Virus record (IMG/VR): IMGVR_UViG_3300042347_001054
Coordinates: 1 to 29,490 of that record
Strand: one strand, 5' to 3'
Source: a virus
Taxonomy: Duplodnaviria; Caudoviricetes
DNA: 29,490 nucleotides
Shown: positions 5,359-14,433 of the stretch, piece after piece
How the letters are laid out: the number at the start of each line of letters is the position of its first letter
Position numbering within the stretch: the first letter of the stretch is position 1
Position numbers and translations under genes: made by a program
Notes under the pieces: generated by a model
What the model was told of the DNA's origin: nothing
The model's database searches: none
Seen by the model: the letters and a program-made list of their open reading frames with translations, nothing else

Positions 5359-7644
5359 ATGGAAGGCGAAGCAATTGATTTGGGGCATGCTACGGCAGGT
5401 GGCATCCGTTCAGACGGCCTTCAAAACGTGCTGATTGGCATGGGGACTGGTCGTGATAAGAGTCAGTACACGAAAACTACGGCCACCGTCTTCCTGCCGC
5501 AAGAGGACCTTGAAAATCTCTATGGCGAATGGCTACCTCGTCGCATTGTTGACATCTACGCCGATCAAGCCACGAGGAAAGGCTTTAAAGTGTTGTTCGG
5601 TGGTGACGGCGTAAGAGCCGAAGAAGTGCAAGGCATTGAACAAACGATTGAAGACCTCTACATTCTTGAACAGCTCAACCTTGCAGCCAAAAACTCCCGC
5701 CTTTATGGGGGTGCTTGTCTACTTCTCTTTATTGACGATGGGCGTCCCGCTTACATGCCTGTCGATAAACGTAACATCCGTCGCATTGAAGAAATTGAAT
5801 GTCTTGATAGATGGCAAATTGCCCCAGTTATCAACGAAGAAAACTTATACGACTATTCAAAAGCCACTTATTATCAGATCATCTCTGGAGATTTAATTAA
5901 CGAGCCCACGCTCACTTATATTCATAAAGATAGGATTTTACGTTTTGATGGTGATTGGCTGCCTTATCGCGTGAGACAGCGTAATTATGGTTGGGGCATG
6001 AGCAGTTTGCAAACTGTTTATGACAGCTTCCGTCATTATTGGACGGGCCTTAATTCTGCTGCAACGCTTCTCACTGAATTTGACATTTTTGTGCATAAAG
6101 TGAGGGGCTTAGCTGCGATGCTTGCGGCTGGAAAGGAAAGCTCCATTCGTGATCGTTTGCAGGTGAATGATATGAGCAAGAGCATTTATCGCGGCTACGC
6201 GATTGATGCTGAAAAAGAAGAGCTTGAATTTATTAGTCGGAACTTTGGCGGCATCGGGGAAATTTTAGAAAAGCTTCGCGTGGATATTATTGGCGCCAGC
6301 AAAATTCCTCATACTGTTCTATTTGGCGAAAGCCCTGGCGGCTTGGGCTCCACTGGTCGCAGTGAAGAGCGTGATTTCGCAAAAACCTTAGCGGATTACC
6401 AAGGCACGCATTTTAAGCGTCCTGTCAAGAAGCTAATGGAATACATCATGCTTAGCAAAGAAGGCCCAACGAAGGGAGAGCTTCCCGAATCATGGCGCAT
6501 CTCTTTCAATCCATTGTTCGAGCTTAATGAGCGCGAAATGGCTGACGTAAGGGCTCGCGTGGCGGCTGTAGATGGCCGTTACATTCAGCTTGGCGTGCTG
6601 AGTCCGAAAGAAGTGGCGGACGCTCGTTATGGTGGCTCTGAGTGGAGCATGGAGCTTACTCTGGATCCATCTGTCATTCGCGAGCTTCCCACTCAAGGCG
6701 GGGGTGGCTCCACTCAAAATGGGGGTGGAAATGGAGGCAAGCTTGCTGTTCCTCCTGGTGGGCGTGATCCAATGAATGAAGAAAATGGCACGCTTCCCAT
6801 GGATGGAAGCAGGGAAGTGGAAGACAGCCGGGAAGATAGTGCTGCTGGCCTTTTCTTGCCTCGTGATCTAGAAGAAATTCGTGGTGACGTAAAATTCACC
6901 GATGCCGAGCTTCATTCTCGTGCGGTGAGTGCCGCCAAGGCAAAATTTAAAGTGTGGCCTTCTGCCTATGCAAGTGGCTATGTAGTGCAGCAATACAAGC
7001 AAATGTACAAGAAGAAGCACGGATCCCTAGCTGGCGCCTTCAAGAGCGACGAAGGTGATTTGCACGCAGATGATCTTGACAGATGGTTCAAAGAAAAGTG
7101 GGTGAGGATTGGAGCCAATGGTGAAATCCTTGGCCCTTGCGGCGCTCGCGAAGAAAAGGAAGGCAAGCCTAAATGCCTTCCTCAGGCAAAAGCTCAGGCC
7201 ATGAGCAAAGAAGAGCGTCAGACAATCGTGCGCCGCAAGCGAGCTGCAGATCCAGACCCTGAGCGTAAGGGACCGGCAAAAATGGTCAGCAGCAAAACGG
7301 ACGCCCAAGATCCGAGTATTCACATGTACAAAACGCAACAAGAAGCTGAGGCCACTGCTGCGAAAATTGGATGCGAAGGCTATCACGTTGAGCAAACTGA
7401 AGATGGCCCTGTTTACATGCCCTGCTCAACCCACGCTCTTTTTGAGAAAAAGCATAAAGAATTTGTATCTCAAAAACAAGATGCGATTGAACCCTTGAAA
7501 ACCAGCGGACTCATTCTTGCTGATATTGACGAAGCTTCTCTCATTGATGAAGAGGACATTTCCGCTGCATTGAATCAATGGAAGGAGGAAGCGCCTGAGC
7601 GCTTCAAGGATATTCTGGAGGCAGAGGATGTCCAGCCTCAATGA
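5359..7644 (+). CDS. Portal protein (DUF1073/HI1409-like) with long multi-domain C-terminal extension
   Basis: DGLQNV..GMG, RRIVD..A...TRKG, SRLYGG, IHKDR, IIGASKIP..VLFGESPGGLGSTG and F.PL motifs in residues ~1-435; residues ~436-761 are a linker plus small domains. Confidence 0.9.
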   Translation: MEGEAIDLGHATAGGIRSDGLQNVLIGMGTGRDKSQYTKTTATVFLPQEDLENLYGEWLPRRIVDIYADQATRKGFKVLFGGDGVRAEEVQGIEQTIEDLYILEQLNLAAKNSRLYGGACLLLFIDDGRPAYMPVDKRNIRRIEEIECLDRWQIAPVINEENLYDYSKATYYQIISGDLINEPTLTYIHKDRILRFDGDWLPYRVRQRNYGWGMSSLQTVYDSFRHYWTGLNSAATLLTEFDIFVHKVRGLAAMLAAGKESSIRDRLQVNDMSKSIYRGYAIDAEKEELEFISRNFGGIGEILEKLRVDIIGASKIPHTVLFGESPGGLGSTGRSEERDFAKTLADYQGTHFKRPVKKLMEYIMLSKEGPTKGELPESWRISFNPLFELNEREMADVRARVAAVDGRYIQLGVLSPKEVADARYGGSEWSMELTLDPSVIRELPTQGGGGSTQNGGGNGGKLAVPPGGRDPMNEENGTLPMDGSREVEDSREDSAAGLFLPRDLEEIRGDVKFTDAELHSRAVSAAKAKFKVWPSAYASGYVVQQYKQMYKKKHGSLAGAFKSDEGDLHADDLDRWFKEKWVRIGANGEILGPCGAREEKEGKPKCLPQAKAQAMSKEERQTIVRRKRAADPDPERKGPAKMVSSKTDAQDPSIHMYKTQQEAEATAAKIGCEGYHVEQTEDGPVYMPCSTHALFEKKHKEFVSQKQDAIEPLKTSGLILADIDEASLIDEEDISAALNQWKEEAPERFKDILEAEDVQPQ

Positions 7645-8308
7645 TCTTTCTCAATTTTCTGAAGCCATTGTTCGTTTTGATGAATCATCCTGGCGTTACG
7701 ACCCTATCAGTGGTCGGTATCGCGGCGCTAATGGACGCTTTCTCAGCGCTCGCGCAGTGGAAGCACTGGTGGATGGTCGAATTAATAAGCTTGGCGCTGA
7801 GCTACGGCGTTTTACACGTATGCTTAGCGCTGGTGATATTACGCTGGACCAATGGCAAGGAAGCGTGAGGGAAGCGCTTAAGCTTGTCCACGTACAGGCA
7901 GCAATCATCGGCAATGGTGGCAGAGAAACCATGCGGGCAAACGACTGGGGGCGCATCGGGCAGCGTCTCCGTGTGGAATATGCTTACTTACAGGGCTTTG
8001 CTCGCGATCTTTTGGATGGCCGCGTTTCTAGTGCCATGGCTCTTGCTCGTATCGGGCTGTATGCTCAGAGCGTGCGAGGTAGTTTTTGGGAAGGCGCCAG
8101 TATTCGTCAAGAAAAGCAAGGATACTCTCTAATGAGACGCATCCTTGATTCCCAGGCGAAGCATTGCCAAGATTGCCTTGACTATGCGGCTCGTGGCATG
8201 GTCCCCATTGGAAGCTTGCCTCTTCCTGGGCAACGCTGCGCATGCCGTGCTAACTGCCGATGCACCGTAAAATACTTCCGACAGCAAGCGCCGACTGTGG
8301 CAGTTTGA
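7628..8308 (+). CDS. Minor head / head morphogenesis protein (Mu gpF / SPP1 gp7-like)
   Basis: Directly after the portal; C-terminal HCQDC...LPLPG..C.C..NCRC cysteine cluster; N-terminal RY...GRF motif. Confidence 0.75.
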   Translation: MSSLNDLSQFSEAIVRFDESSWRYDPISGRYRGANGRFLSARAVEALVDGRINKLGAELRRFTRMLSAGDITLDQWQGSVREALKLVHVQAAIIGNGGRETMRANDWGRIGQRLRVEYAYLQGFARDLLDGRVSSAMALARIGLYAQSVRGSFWEGASIRQEKQGYSLMRRILDSQAKHCQDCLDYAARGMVPIGSLPLPGQRCACRANCRCTVKYFRQQAPTVAV

Positions 8309-8309
8309 G

Positions 8310-9032
8310 ATGGACGTTTTAGTTGGCAGCACGGGTCTCATTGGACAAGTGCTCCGTGAGGCGCATGAGTTTGGCGCCTGCTTCCATTCCAAAAACATTC
8401 ACGAGGCTCCACTGCTTAAGGAGCCCATTGAAAGGCTGTACTTGGCTTGCATGCCAGCGGAGAAATGGAAAGCAAACGCTGCGCCACTGGACGACTTTGA
8501 CAATATGAATAACATCATTCAAAACATCCGACATCTTCCAAGCCCAGCGGAAGTCATTGTTTATTCAACGATTGACGTGCATGGGCAAACAGCGTATTAT
8601 GCAGACGGCACGCCTGAAATTTTTGCTATTGACTACGGCACCAATCGCTACATCTTTGAAATGCTCGTGAAGGCGGTATTCCTTGATTCAGTGGTGACAA
8701 TCATTCGCCTTCCTGCATTGTTTCATCGCCTTATTAAGAAGAATATTCTGTTTGATCTATTGACAAACAATAATGTGGAGAAGATCAATGCAAACTCTGC
8801 CTATCAATGGTATTGTTTAGATGATCTATGGAAGGACACGAAGAAAGCAATTAGTGGCACTACGAACGAATTTTACACAGCTCCCATTGAAACAGCGGAA
8901 ATCGTTGAACGCTTCTTCCCTGACGCGAAAGTAGGCAGTGGACCACGCATTGAATACAACATTCCTCCATATAAATATGACAAGGCGAAGATAATGAAGA
9001 AGATGGAGGCTTTTATCAATGCTTGGAATTAG
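8310..9032 (+). CDS. NAD(P)-dependent epimerase/reductase-like (atypical extended SDR)
   Basis: GSTGLIG Rossmann motif, YSTIDV, YGTNR (YxxxR in place of YxxxK), IIRLPALF. Confidence 0.75.
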   Translation: MDVLVGSTGLIGQVLREAHEFGACFHSKNIHEAPLLKEPIERLYLACMPAEKWKANAAPLDDFDNMNNIIQNIRHLPSPAEVIVYSTIDVHGQTAYYADGTPEIFAIDYGTNRYIFEMLVKAVFLDSVVTIIRLPALFHRLIKKNILFDLLTNNNVEKINANSAYQWYCLDDLWKDTKKAISGTTNEFYTAPIETAEIVERFFPDAKVGSGPRIEYNIPPYKYDKAKIMKKMEAFINAWN

Positions 9033-9759
9033 CGCTATCGGCTGGAAGGATGAAGAGGAGGAGCAGATTTTAAGCGCAAATGCTGGAGCGTTTAATGTGC
9101 TAGAAATTATTCCTGCGCGTATCTTTGCTCAAAACAAAGACTATGCCGATATTGCCAAAGAATACCGCGAAAGCTATGGGCTATGGGCCTATTCGGCGCA
9201 GGCTTTATTCTTTCAAAGTAACGTGCAAAGCTTTGAAGACACTGCAGCAGTGTCCGAGCATTTGTTAAAAGTGATCAGCCTTGGCTCCCTCATGGGAATC
9301 AAGCGCTTCGTACTAGGTAGCCCCGGCTTGAGAAAGGGAAGTCCTTCCTGTTTGATGAATGTTCTGAAGCGCATGGATGCAGTGTTGGATGCAAATGGAG
9401 CCATTCTTTGCATTGAGCCTGTAGCGAAATGCTACGGAGGCTCTTATTTCTTCACAGTCAACGAGATTGTCAATCACATTGATTTTTGCAATTTGAAGAA
9501 TGTTAAGACGATGCTTGACACGAATAACGCTTGGCTTCAAGGCGATAGCCCTAAAAAGCTACTGAATCATTATTGGCCATACATTGCTCACGTGCATATC
9601 AGCGACACTGACAATGGACCGCTGCTAAATAAATACGAGCACAGGCAAATTAAGGGAATGCTTGATGGTATTAACTACGAGGGCGCGATTGTGCGCGAGC
9701 TATTTCAAGCCAAGAAGAATATGCGCGACTATCCGCTGTTCCGCAGCATTTACGCTTGA
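9019..9759 (+). CDS. Xylose isomerase-like TIM-barrel sugar isomerase/epimerase
   Basis: Metal-ligand pattern CIEP, MLDTNN, HVHISD, VRE; FVLGSP motif. Confidence 0.8.
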   Translation: MLGISAIGWKDEEEEQILSANAGAFNVLEIIPARIFAQNKDYADIAKEYRESYGLWAYSAQALFFQSNVQSFEDTAAVSEHLLKVISLGSLMGIKRFVLGSPGLRKGSPSCLMNVLKRMDAVLDANGAILCIEPVAKCYGGSYFFTVNEIVNHIDFCNLKNVKTMLDTNNAWLQGDSPKKLLNHYWPYIAHVHISDTDNGPLLNKYEHRQIKGMLDGINYEGAIVRELFQAKKNMRDYPLFRSIYA

Positions 9760-10727
9760 AACATGGCTTCTTTTGCCATCTCTTCGATGGCATAGATGCC
9801 TTGAATTTTGCCAGTGTAAAAAGACAGCAGATTATCCTGTTGCCTAAAAATGGGAACGCGTTGAGCGCTGGCGTTTTTGCATTTTGCTTTAATTGATACC
9901 ACAAGGAATGCGTATTTAAAATAATCATGAAACTCGGACCAGTAGCGCACCACGTGATCCTCGATTAGCTGGCGCTTTTCCTTCAGTTGACCATAATTTT
10001 TGCTGAAACAATTTGTTTCTTTTTGCTCAATAACGCCAAGCTTCACATGACTCAGCGAGAACATTGAAGATCCGTATGGATAGATGGAGAACAGCTCGCC
10101 ATCAATAAAAGTGAGTGCGCCGAATGGGGGCGTTTTGATGGGACGATAAACAAACATTGCCACTGCCTCAAAATAGTCCCCATCAAGAATTGGCAGCAAG
10201 GAATTGTTTGTGCAATCAATGACGAAATCATAATCTTGCTTCAAAAAAGCAAGTGAATTGTCATTGATTTCATCCCTTCTCGCAATGGGAGCCAATAGCT
10301 CATCAAAGTAATTGCCAGCGGCAGTTGGAGAAATATATTTCTCAATGGTATGTAGAAGCAGTGAGGAACGATTAAGGAAGTTCGCATCGGCTTCCGCGTG
10401 TGGCCAATCTTTAAAAATAAGGCGAATCGTTTCTGCGTCCAACAAGCTTTCGTCTTCTGACACTGCATAGAAATTATTCTGCACGTTTTCCGTTAGATGG
10501 CCATAGTCCATCATGAACTGTTCAAACGTATTCCTGCACAACATGCGCGTGGCATGATTCCTGGCGTAGTGATAGCCATAGTGCAATCGGTTCTGATTGA
10601 TTAACGATGCTTCGGAGATGAGCATTTCATTGCGCTCAAACAAAGTCACATCGGCTTTGTTCATCAAGCGTGAAGCTAAATGGCACCCCGTCCAGCCACC
10701 ACCGACGATTGCAATCTTAAGCGCCAT
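9750..10727 (-). CDS. FAD-dependent oxidoreductase (DAO-like)
   Basis: IAIVGGGWTG...LFER dinucleotide-binding fold, ASLINQNRLHYGYHY motif, C-terminal GKI; ATG 10727 overlaps the upstream TGA. Confidence 0.85.
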   Translation of the reverse strand: MALKIAIVGGGWTGCHLASRLMNKADVTLFERNEMLISEASLINQNRLHYGYHYARNHATRMLCRNTFEQFMMDYGHLTENVQNNFYAVSEDESLLDAETIRLIFKDWPHAEADANFLNRSSLLLHTIEKYISPTAAGNYFDELLAPIARRDEINDNSLAFLKQDYDFVIDCTNNSLLPILDGDYFEAVAMFVYRPIKTPPFGALTFIDGELFSIYPYGSSMFSLSHVKLGVIEQKETNCFSKNYGQLKEKRQLIEDHVVRYWSEFHDYFKYAFLVVSIKAKCKNASAQRVPIFRQQDNLLSFYTGKIQGIYAIEEMAKEAMFQA

Positions 10728-11416
10728 CAAATGTCAATGCAAAGCGTTGGCTGCACTCCTTGCCAATTTGACTTGGCCTTGAATAAGTCCAACTGTGGGA
10801 AGTATTCTATGCGGCGAGGCATGCCGGTTCCATAGACATCAGCATGCCCTTGATAGTTCCATTCATCTGGGCCATGCTTGTTTGGGTGGTAAAGGCCAGT
10901 AGGTGAATCCTGCAGTTTCCAGAGCATGTAGTCCTCGTTAGGCACTCCCCATTGTTTCCATGCTTGCAACGCCTGTGGTGAGCTGTCCATGTTCTTAATC
11001 GCCATGAGACGGTCCTTATGGTGCATGAGGTAGTCCATGCTGTAAAGGCCAATGCTCATTGATGGTGTATGTTTCATCGCCACCTTCTCAAAACCTTCTG
11101 GAGGGTCGTAGGCAAGGCTTTTGAAGGCAGGCCCAGCAATGCAAGTGTCGTGAAGGAGAAACCAGAAGGGGCTTGTCAGATGGTGTTCAACAATTTCAAT
11201 GAGGGGCGCGTATTCAAAAGAGTTTTGCGGAGTGCAAATCATCGGCACATCGCCATAATGGTCAATTTGCCAATTCTCTTGACCCCCATTGACGATCAAG
11301 ATTTCGTCAGTACTGATACCTGCACGAGTGAGAGAAGGGATAATTACAGGCAGCGTATGAACAGCAAATTTATTACAGGTGCTAATGCAGAAGCGCACAG
11401 AAGACGGTGGCAACAT
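10727..11416 (-). CDS. Putative GT-A fold (GT2-like) glycosyltransferase
   Basis: FCIST...IIPSL...ILIVNGG N-terminal strands and WFLLHDT DxD-like motif; SD AGGAG upstream. Confidence 0.6.
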   Translation of the reverse strand: MLPPSSVRFCISTCNKFAVHTLPVIIPSLTRAGISTDEILIVNGGQENWQIDHYGDVPMICTPQNSFEYAPLIEIVEHHLTSPFWFLLHDTCIAGPAFKSLAYDPPEGFEKVAMKHTPSMSIGLYSMDYLMHHKDRLMAIKNMDSSPQALQAWKQWGVPNEDYMLWKLQDSPTGLYHPNKHGPDEWNYQGHADVYGTGMPRRIEYFPQLDLFKAKSNWQGVQPTLCIDI

Positions 11417-11478
11417 GACTTTCTCCTTGTGCCGTCAGTATAGAAGCTGCTTATGATGACGAAGATTCCAAGAGAAAC
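11417..11478. promoter_or_regulatory. Divergent promoter region inside the glycan island
   Basis: Minus-strand TATACT (11437-11442) and plus-strand TATGAT (11452-11457) between divergent glycosyltransferase genes. Confidence 0.45.
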
Positions 11479-12702
11479 ATGGCAAAAATTCTCTACGCTG
11501 GCGACGCATTTGTAGAAACGGGATTTGGGCGAGTGGCCCAATACCTGTTACCTGCTCTGGATGAGAAGCATGAAGTGGTGGTGATGAGCACGAACTACCA
11601 CGGTGACCCTCATCCCGAGGCGAAGAAATATAAGGTGTATCCAGCCATGCTGCATGGATCCGATCCGTTTGGGTCGCATCGCATTTCTGAAATCATTCAG
11701 AAGGAAAAACCTGATCTGGTATGGGTGACAAATGATATTTGGGTGGCGCTTACTTTATGGGACAGGGCGAAGCCATTCAAGGAGCAAATTGGGTTTAAAT
11801 GGTTTGTTTACACTCCCATTGATTCCTATGGTTTATTTCCTGAGTTAAACGCGAAGATGCAAGAATGGGATGGTCTCGCCACCTATACGCTATTCGCAAA
11901 TAACGAATTAATTCGCATGGGTTATGACAAGACAGTTGACATCATCGGCCACGGCACTGATTTTGAAAAATTCTTTCCACTTGACAAGCAGCAATGTCGT
12001 CAAGAACTTGGCGTGCCGCAAGACGCATTTATCGTCTTCAACGGCAACAGGAATCAACCGAGAAAGCGCATTGACCTTACGCTGAAAGCTTTTGTTAAGT
12101 TCGCCAAAGATAAAGACGACGCTCGCCTGTGGTTAAACATGGGCAGCAAAGACTTGGGATGGGACATTATCCCGTTGTTCAAGCGAATTGCTCGCGACGA
12201 GGAGCTTGATCCTACTGGCAAGCTTATTCTTACTAGTCCTCATTTTTCCACTGATAATTGTTTGCCAGTGGAGCAACTGAACAAAGTATACAATGCGGTT
12301 GATGTGGGCATCAATACTTGCATTGGTGAGGGTTGGGGCTTGGTCAATACTGAACATGGCTCCGTTGGCGTGGCGCAAGTTGTTCCCGACCATACAAGCT
12401 TGGCTGAAATTTTTGACGAACTGCCACGCATTACTTGCAACGCCTCTGAGACTGACCGCAATTATGGTCTTGAGCGTCTGCTTCCTGATCCCGAGAGTGC
12501 TGCAGAAATCTTGTCGTATTACTACGAAAACCGCAATGCACTGAAGAAAGACGGGCAATGGTGCTACAAGCGTTTGCATGAAGAGCCATTTACTTGGCCG
12601 TATATTCAGCGGCAGTTGCTTGGCGTGGTAGAACGCACTCTCAATGCAAAGGCCGCTGAGCCCGAATTTAAAGGCTTTGGCACTCCCGCAAAAATTGCTT
12701 GA
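11479..12702 (+). CDS. GT-B fold glycosyltransferase (GT4-like)
   Basis: TGFGRV N-terminus, GHGTD, NRNQPRKR, YNAVD...EGWGLVNTE (E-x7-E) motif. Confidence 0.9.
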   Translation: MAKILYAGDAFVETGFGRVAQYLLPALDEKHEVVVMSTNYHGDPHPEAKKYKVYPAMLHGSDPFGSHRISEIIQKEKPDLVWVTNDIWVALTLWDRAKPFKEQIGFKWFVYTPIDSYGLFPELNAKMQEWDGLATYTLFANNELIRMGYDKTVDIIGHGTDFEKFFPLDKQQCRQELGVPQDAFIVFNGNRNQPRKRIDLTLKAFVKFAKDKDDARLWLNMGSKDLGWDIIPLFKRIARDEELDPTGKLILTSPHFSTDNCLPVEQLNKVYNAVDVGINTCIGEGWGLVNTEHGSVGVAQVVPDHTSLAEIFDELPRITCNASETDRNYGLERLLPDPESAAEILSYYYENRNALKKDGQWCYKRLHEEPFTWPYIQRQLLGVVERTLNAKAAEPEFKGFGTPAKIA

Positions 12703-12704
12703 TC

Positions 12705-13421
12705 ATGCAAATTTCACAAATCTTCCTTTCAACTGATCCGTCAGAAGCGCTTAGCCCTTTTCTAAAGCACGCTACGGGAACTATTGACGCATGCTTTTCC
12801 GAGGCGAAGCATGTTATTTACAACAGCGACTCACTTCGCGCCTTCATTGCTGATAACTATGAAGAAGAAGTGTTGTGGGCTTACGACACGCTCAAACCGT
12901 TTTCTTACAAAGCAGATCTTGGTCGTTTCTGCTTGCTAAACAAGCTTGGTGGCTGGTATTTTGATATTGGCGTGAGGGCTTTTAATGCAGTGGAGCTTGG
13001 TGAGCGCATCAAGTTTCTTGCCTTCCGCGACATTCAGCGTTTTAGCTATACAAGCTGGGCATGCGCTACGACAGTGCTTTATTCTCAGCCCGATAATCCT
13101 GCGTTGCAAACTGCCATTGAAATGATTGTGGCAAATTGCGTGCAACAATACTATGGCATCACTCCATTGTGTCCTACTGGCCCCACGCTGCTTGGTAAAG
13201 CTTTGGCAGCGAATGGAAGCCAAGCTGATTTTATTTATGGAGACTATCTTGAACTGACGCCCACTCACGGCCAAAAGAATAGGGCTTTCGTTCTGCCTGA
13301 TGGCACGATCATGGCATGGAGTAAGCCTGCTGGCGGTGGCGATTTGACGGGACTTGGCGCTAAAGGCGTCAACAATTACAATGAGCTGTGGCAAGCTCGC
13401 AAGGTGTATGGCGATGATTGA
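12705..13421 (+). CDS. GT32-like glycosyltransferase (DXD sugar-binding region)
   Basis: KADLGRFCLL..LGGWYFDI and TGPTLLG motifs. Confidence 0.85.
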   Translation: MQISQIFLSTDPSEALSPFLKHATGTIDACFSEAKHVIYNSDSLRAFIADNYEEEVLWAYDTLKPFSYKADLGRFCLLNKLGGWYFDIGVRAFNAVELGERIKFLAFRDIQRFSYTSWACATTVLYSQPDNPALQTAIEMIVANCVQQYYGITPLCPTGPTLLGKALAANGSQADFIYGDYLELTPTHGQKNRAFVLPDGTIMAWSKPAGGGDLTGLGAKGVNNYNELWQARKVYGDD

Positions 13422-14124
13422 TAGCACAATCTATGCGGTTTGCATTGCTGGCGAGAAAGTGCGTTACACGGCCAAGTCTCGCATTGTGCCAATCATGGGG
13501 GGAAGTTATGCGTTAACTGACGACGAGCGCGAAAAATTGCGCTTAGAAGGCTATGTTTTCGACGACGAAAATGCTTTTCTTTCTGGGCTAAATAGTCGCT
13601 GTGGCGAACTGTCTTGCGTGCATTGGATGATTCGCAATGCCAATGAAAGCAATATTGGCAATGCCCAGTATCGGCGCAATTGGATAGAGCCACAAGGTGA
13701 ATGGTATTGCCCAGAAACGCTTTACTTGCCTGAGCCTGCTCAATTTTCTTGTACTCTTGAGCAACAATTTTATGGAGGACATTCTGCTTTTGATGCACCA
13801 GCGATCACGCGAGAATTGGCCGACACAAAAGAATGGCTGTTTTCTCGGGAAGAAATAGATCAGATATGGGCGCAGTCTTCATTTATTGGCTGCAACATGG
13901 CGCGTGGCCCACGGCAAAGTTATAAGCAGTTTATGGGAATTCTGCTTTCGGCATTGGGACCAATTTGGCTTAAGCATAAGGAGCATTTTCGTTCCATTAA
14001 TGGTTATGACAAGCGTGCAATTGCTTTTATTGCAGAACGCTTGATTACTGGCATGGTTTTATGCAGGGATAGGATTTTGCCAGGCGTTAAGATAGCCACG
14101 GCTCCGATAGGATTTATTAATTAA
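13414..14124 (+). CDS. DUF4422-like glycosyltransferase
   Basis: N...GELS..HWM..N...IG..QYRR, CNM and R...FIAERL motifs; ATG 13414 preferred over the TTG at 13354. Confidence 0.75.
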   Translation: MIDSTIYAVCIAGEKVRYTAKSRIVPIMGGSYALTDDEREKLRLEGYVFDDENAFLSGLNSRCGELSCVHWMIRNANESNIGNAQYRRNWIEPQGEWYCPETLYLPEPAQFSCTLEQQFYGGHSAFDAPAITRELADTKEWLFSREEIDQIWAQSSFIGCNMARGPRQSYKQFMGILLSALGPIWLKHKEHFRSINGYDKRAIAFIAERLITGMVLCRDRILPGVKIATAPIGFIN

Positions 14125-14142
14125 TTGCGCTCAAGCTTAATC

Positions 14143-14406
14143 ATGACTACAAAAGAAAAGCAAGCAAAAATTGCTCGTGTTCTTCGCGAATTTAAAGCTG
14201 GCACTCTTAAGGGTAGTGGCGGTGAGAAAATTAAAGACAGAAAGCGTGCAATTGCCATTGCTCTTTCAGAAGCTGGTATGAGTCGTCAAGGTAAGAGCGA
14301 TGCCTATTGGGACAATTATTTCATGACTCTTATTGGCGAAGAGGAAGAAGAAGAGGAAGAGGGCATGGAAGAAATGGAGGACGGTTCCTGCGGAAAAAAG
14401 CGCTGA
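14143..14406 (+). CDS. Small basic protein (DUF6496-like) with acidic tail; zero-frame product of a frameshift gene
   Basis: KIARVLREFKAGTLKGSGG.KIKDRKRAIAIALSEAG followed by a poly-Glu stretch; ends GGA AAA AAG CGC TGA. Confidence 0.8.
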   Translation: MTTKEKQAKIARVLREFKAGTLKGSGGEKIKDRKRAIAIALSEAGMSRQGKSDAYWDNYFMTLIGEEEEEEEEGMEEMEDGSCGKKR

Positions 14407-14433
14407 GGGGTGACGCCGAAAGCTTTGCCCCTC
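14376..14433 (+). other. Programmed -1 ribosomal frameshift signal (head region)
   Basis: GGAGG 14376-80, in-frame A AAA AAG 14394-14400, hairpin 14405-14433. Confidence 0.8.

Noticed and set aside
5359-6666. Anti-CBASS Acb1 label often attached to this portal family
   Set aside because: No paired HxT/HxS 2H-phosphoesterase domain is evident; position and motifs indicate a portal.
6689-6730. Imperfect 21-nt tandem repeat (TQGGGGS/TQNGGGN)
   Set aside because: Two copies in a Gly-rich linker; a simple local duplication.
14307-14399. TTG-started N-terminus (MGQLFHDSYWRRGRRRGRG...) given by the ORF track
   Set aside because: It is the alternate-frame reading of the poly-Glu codons of the upstream gene; the frameshift explains the downstream domain better.
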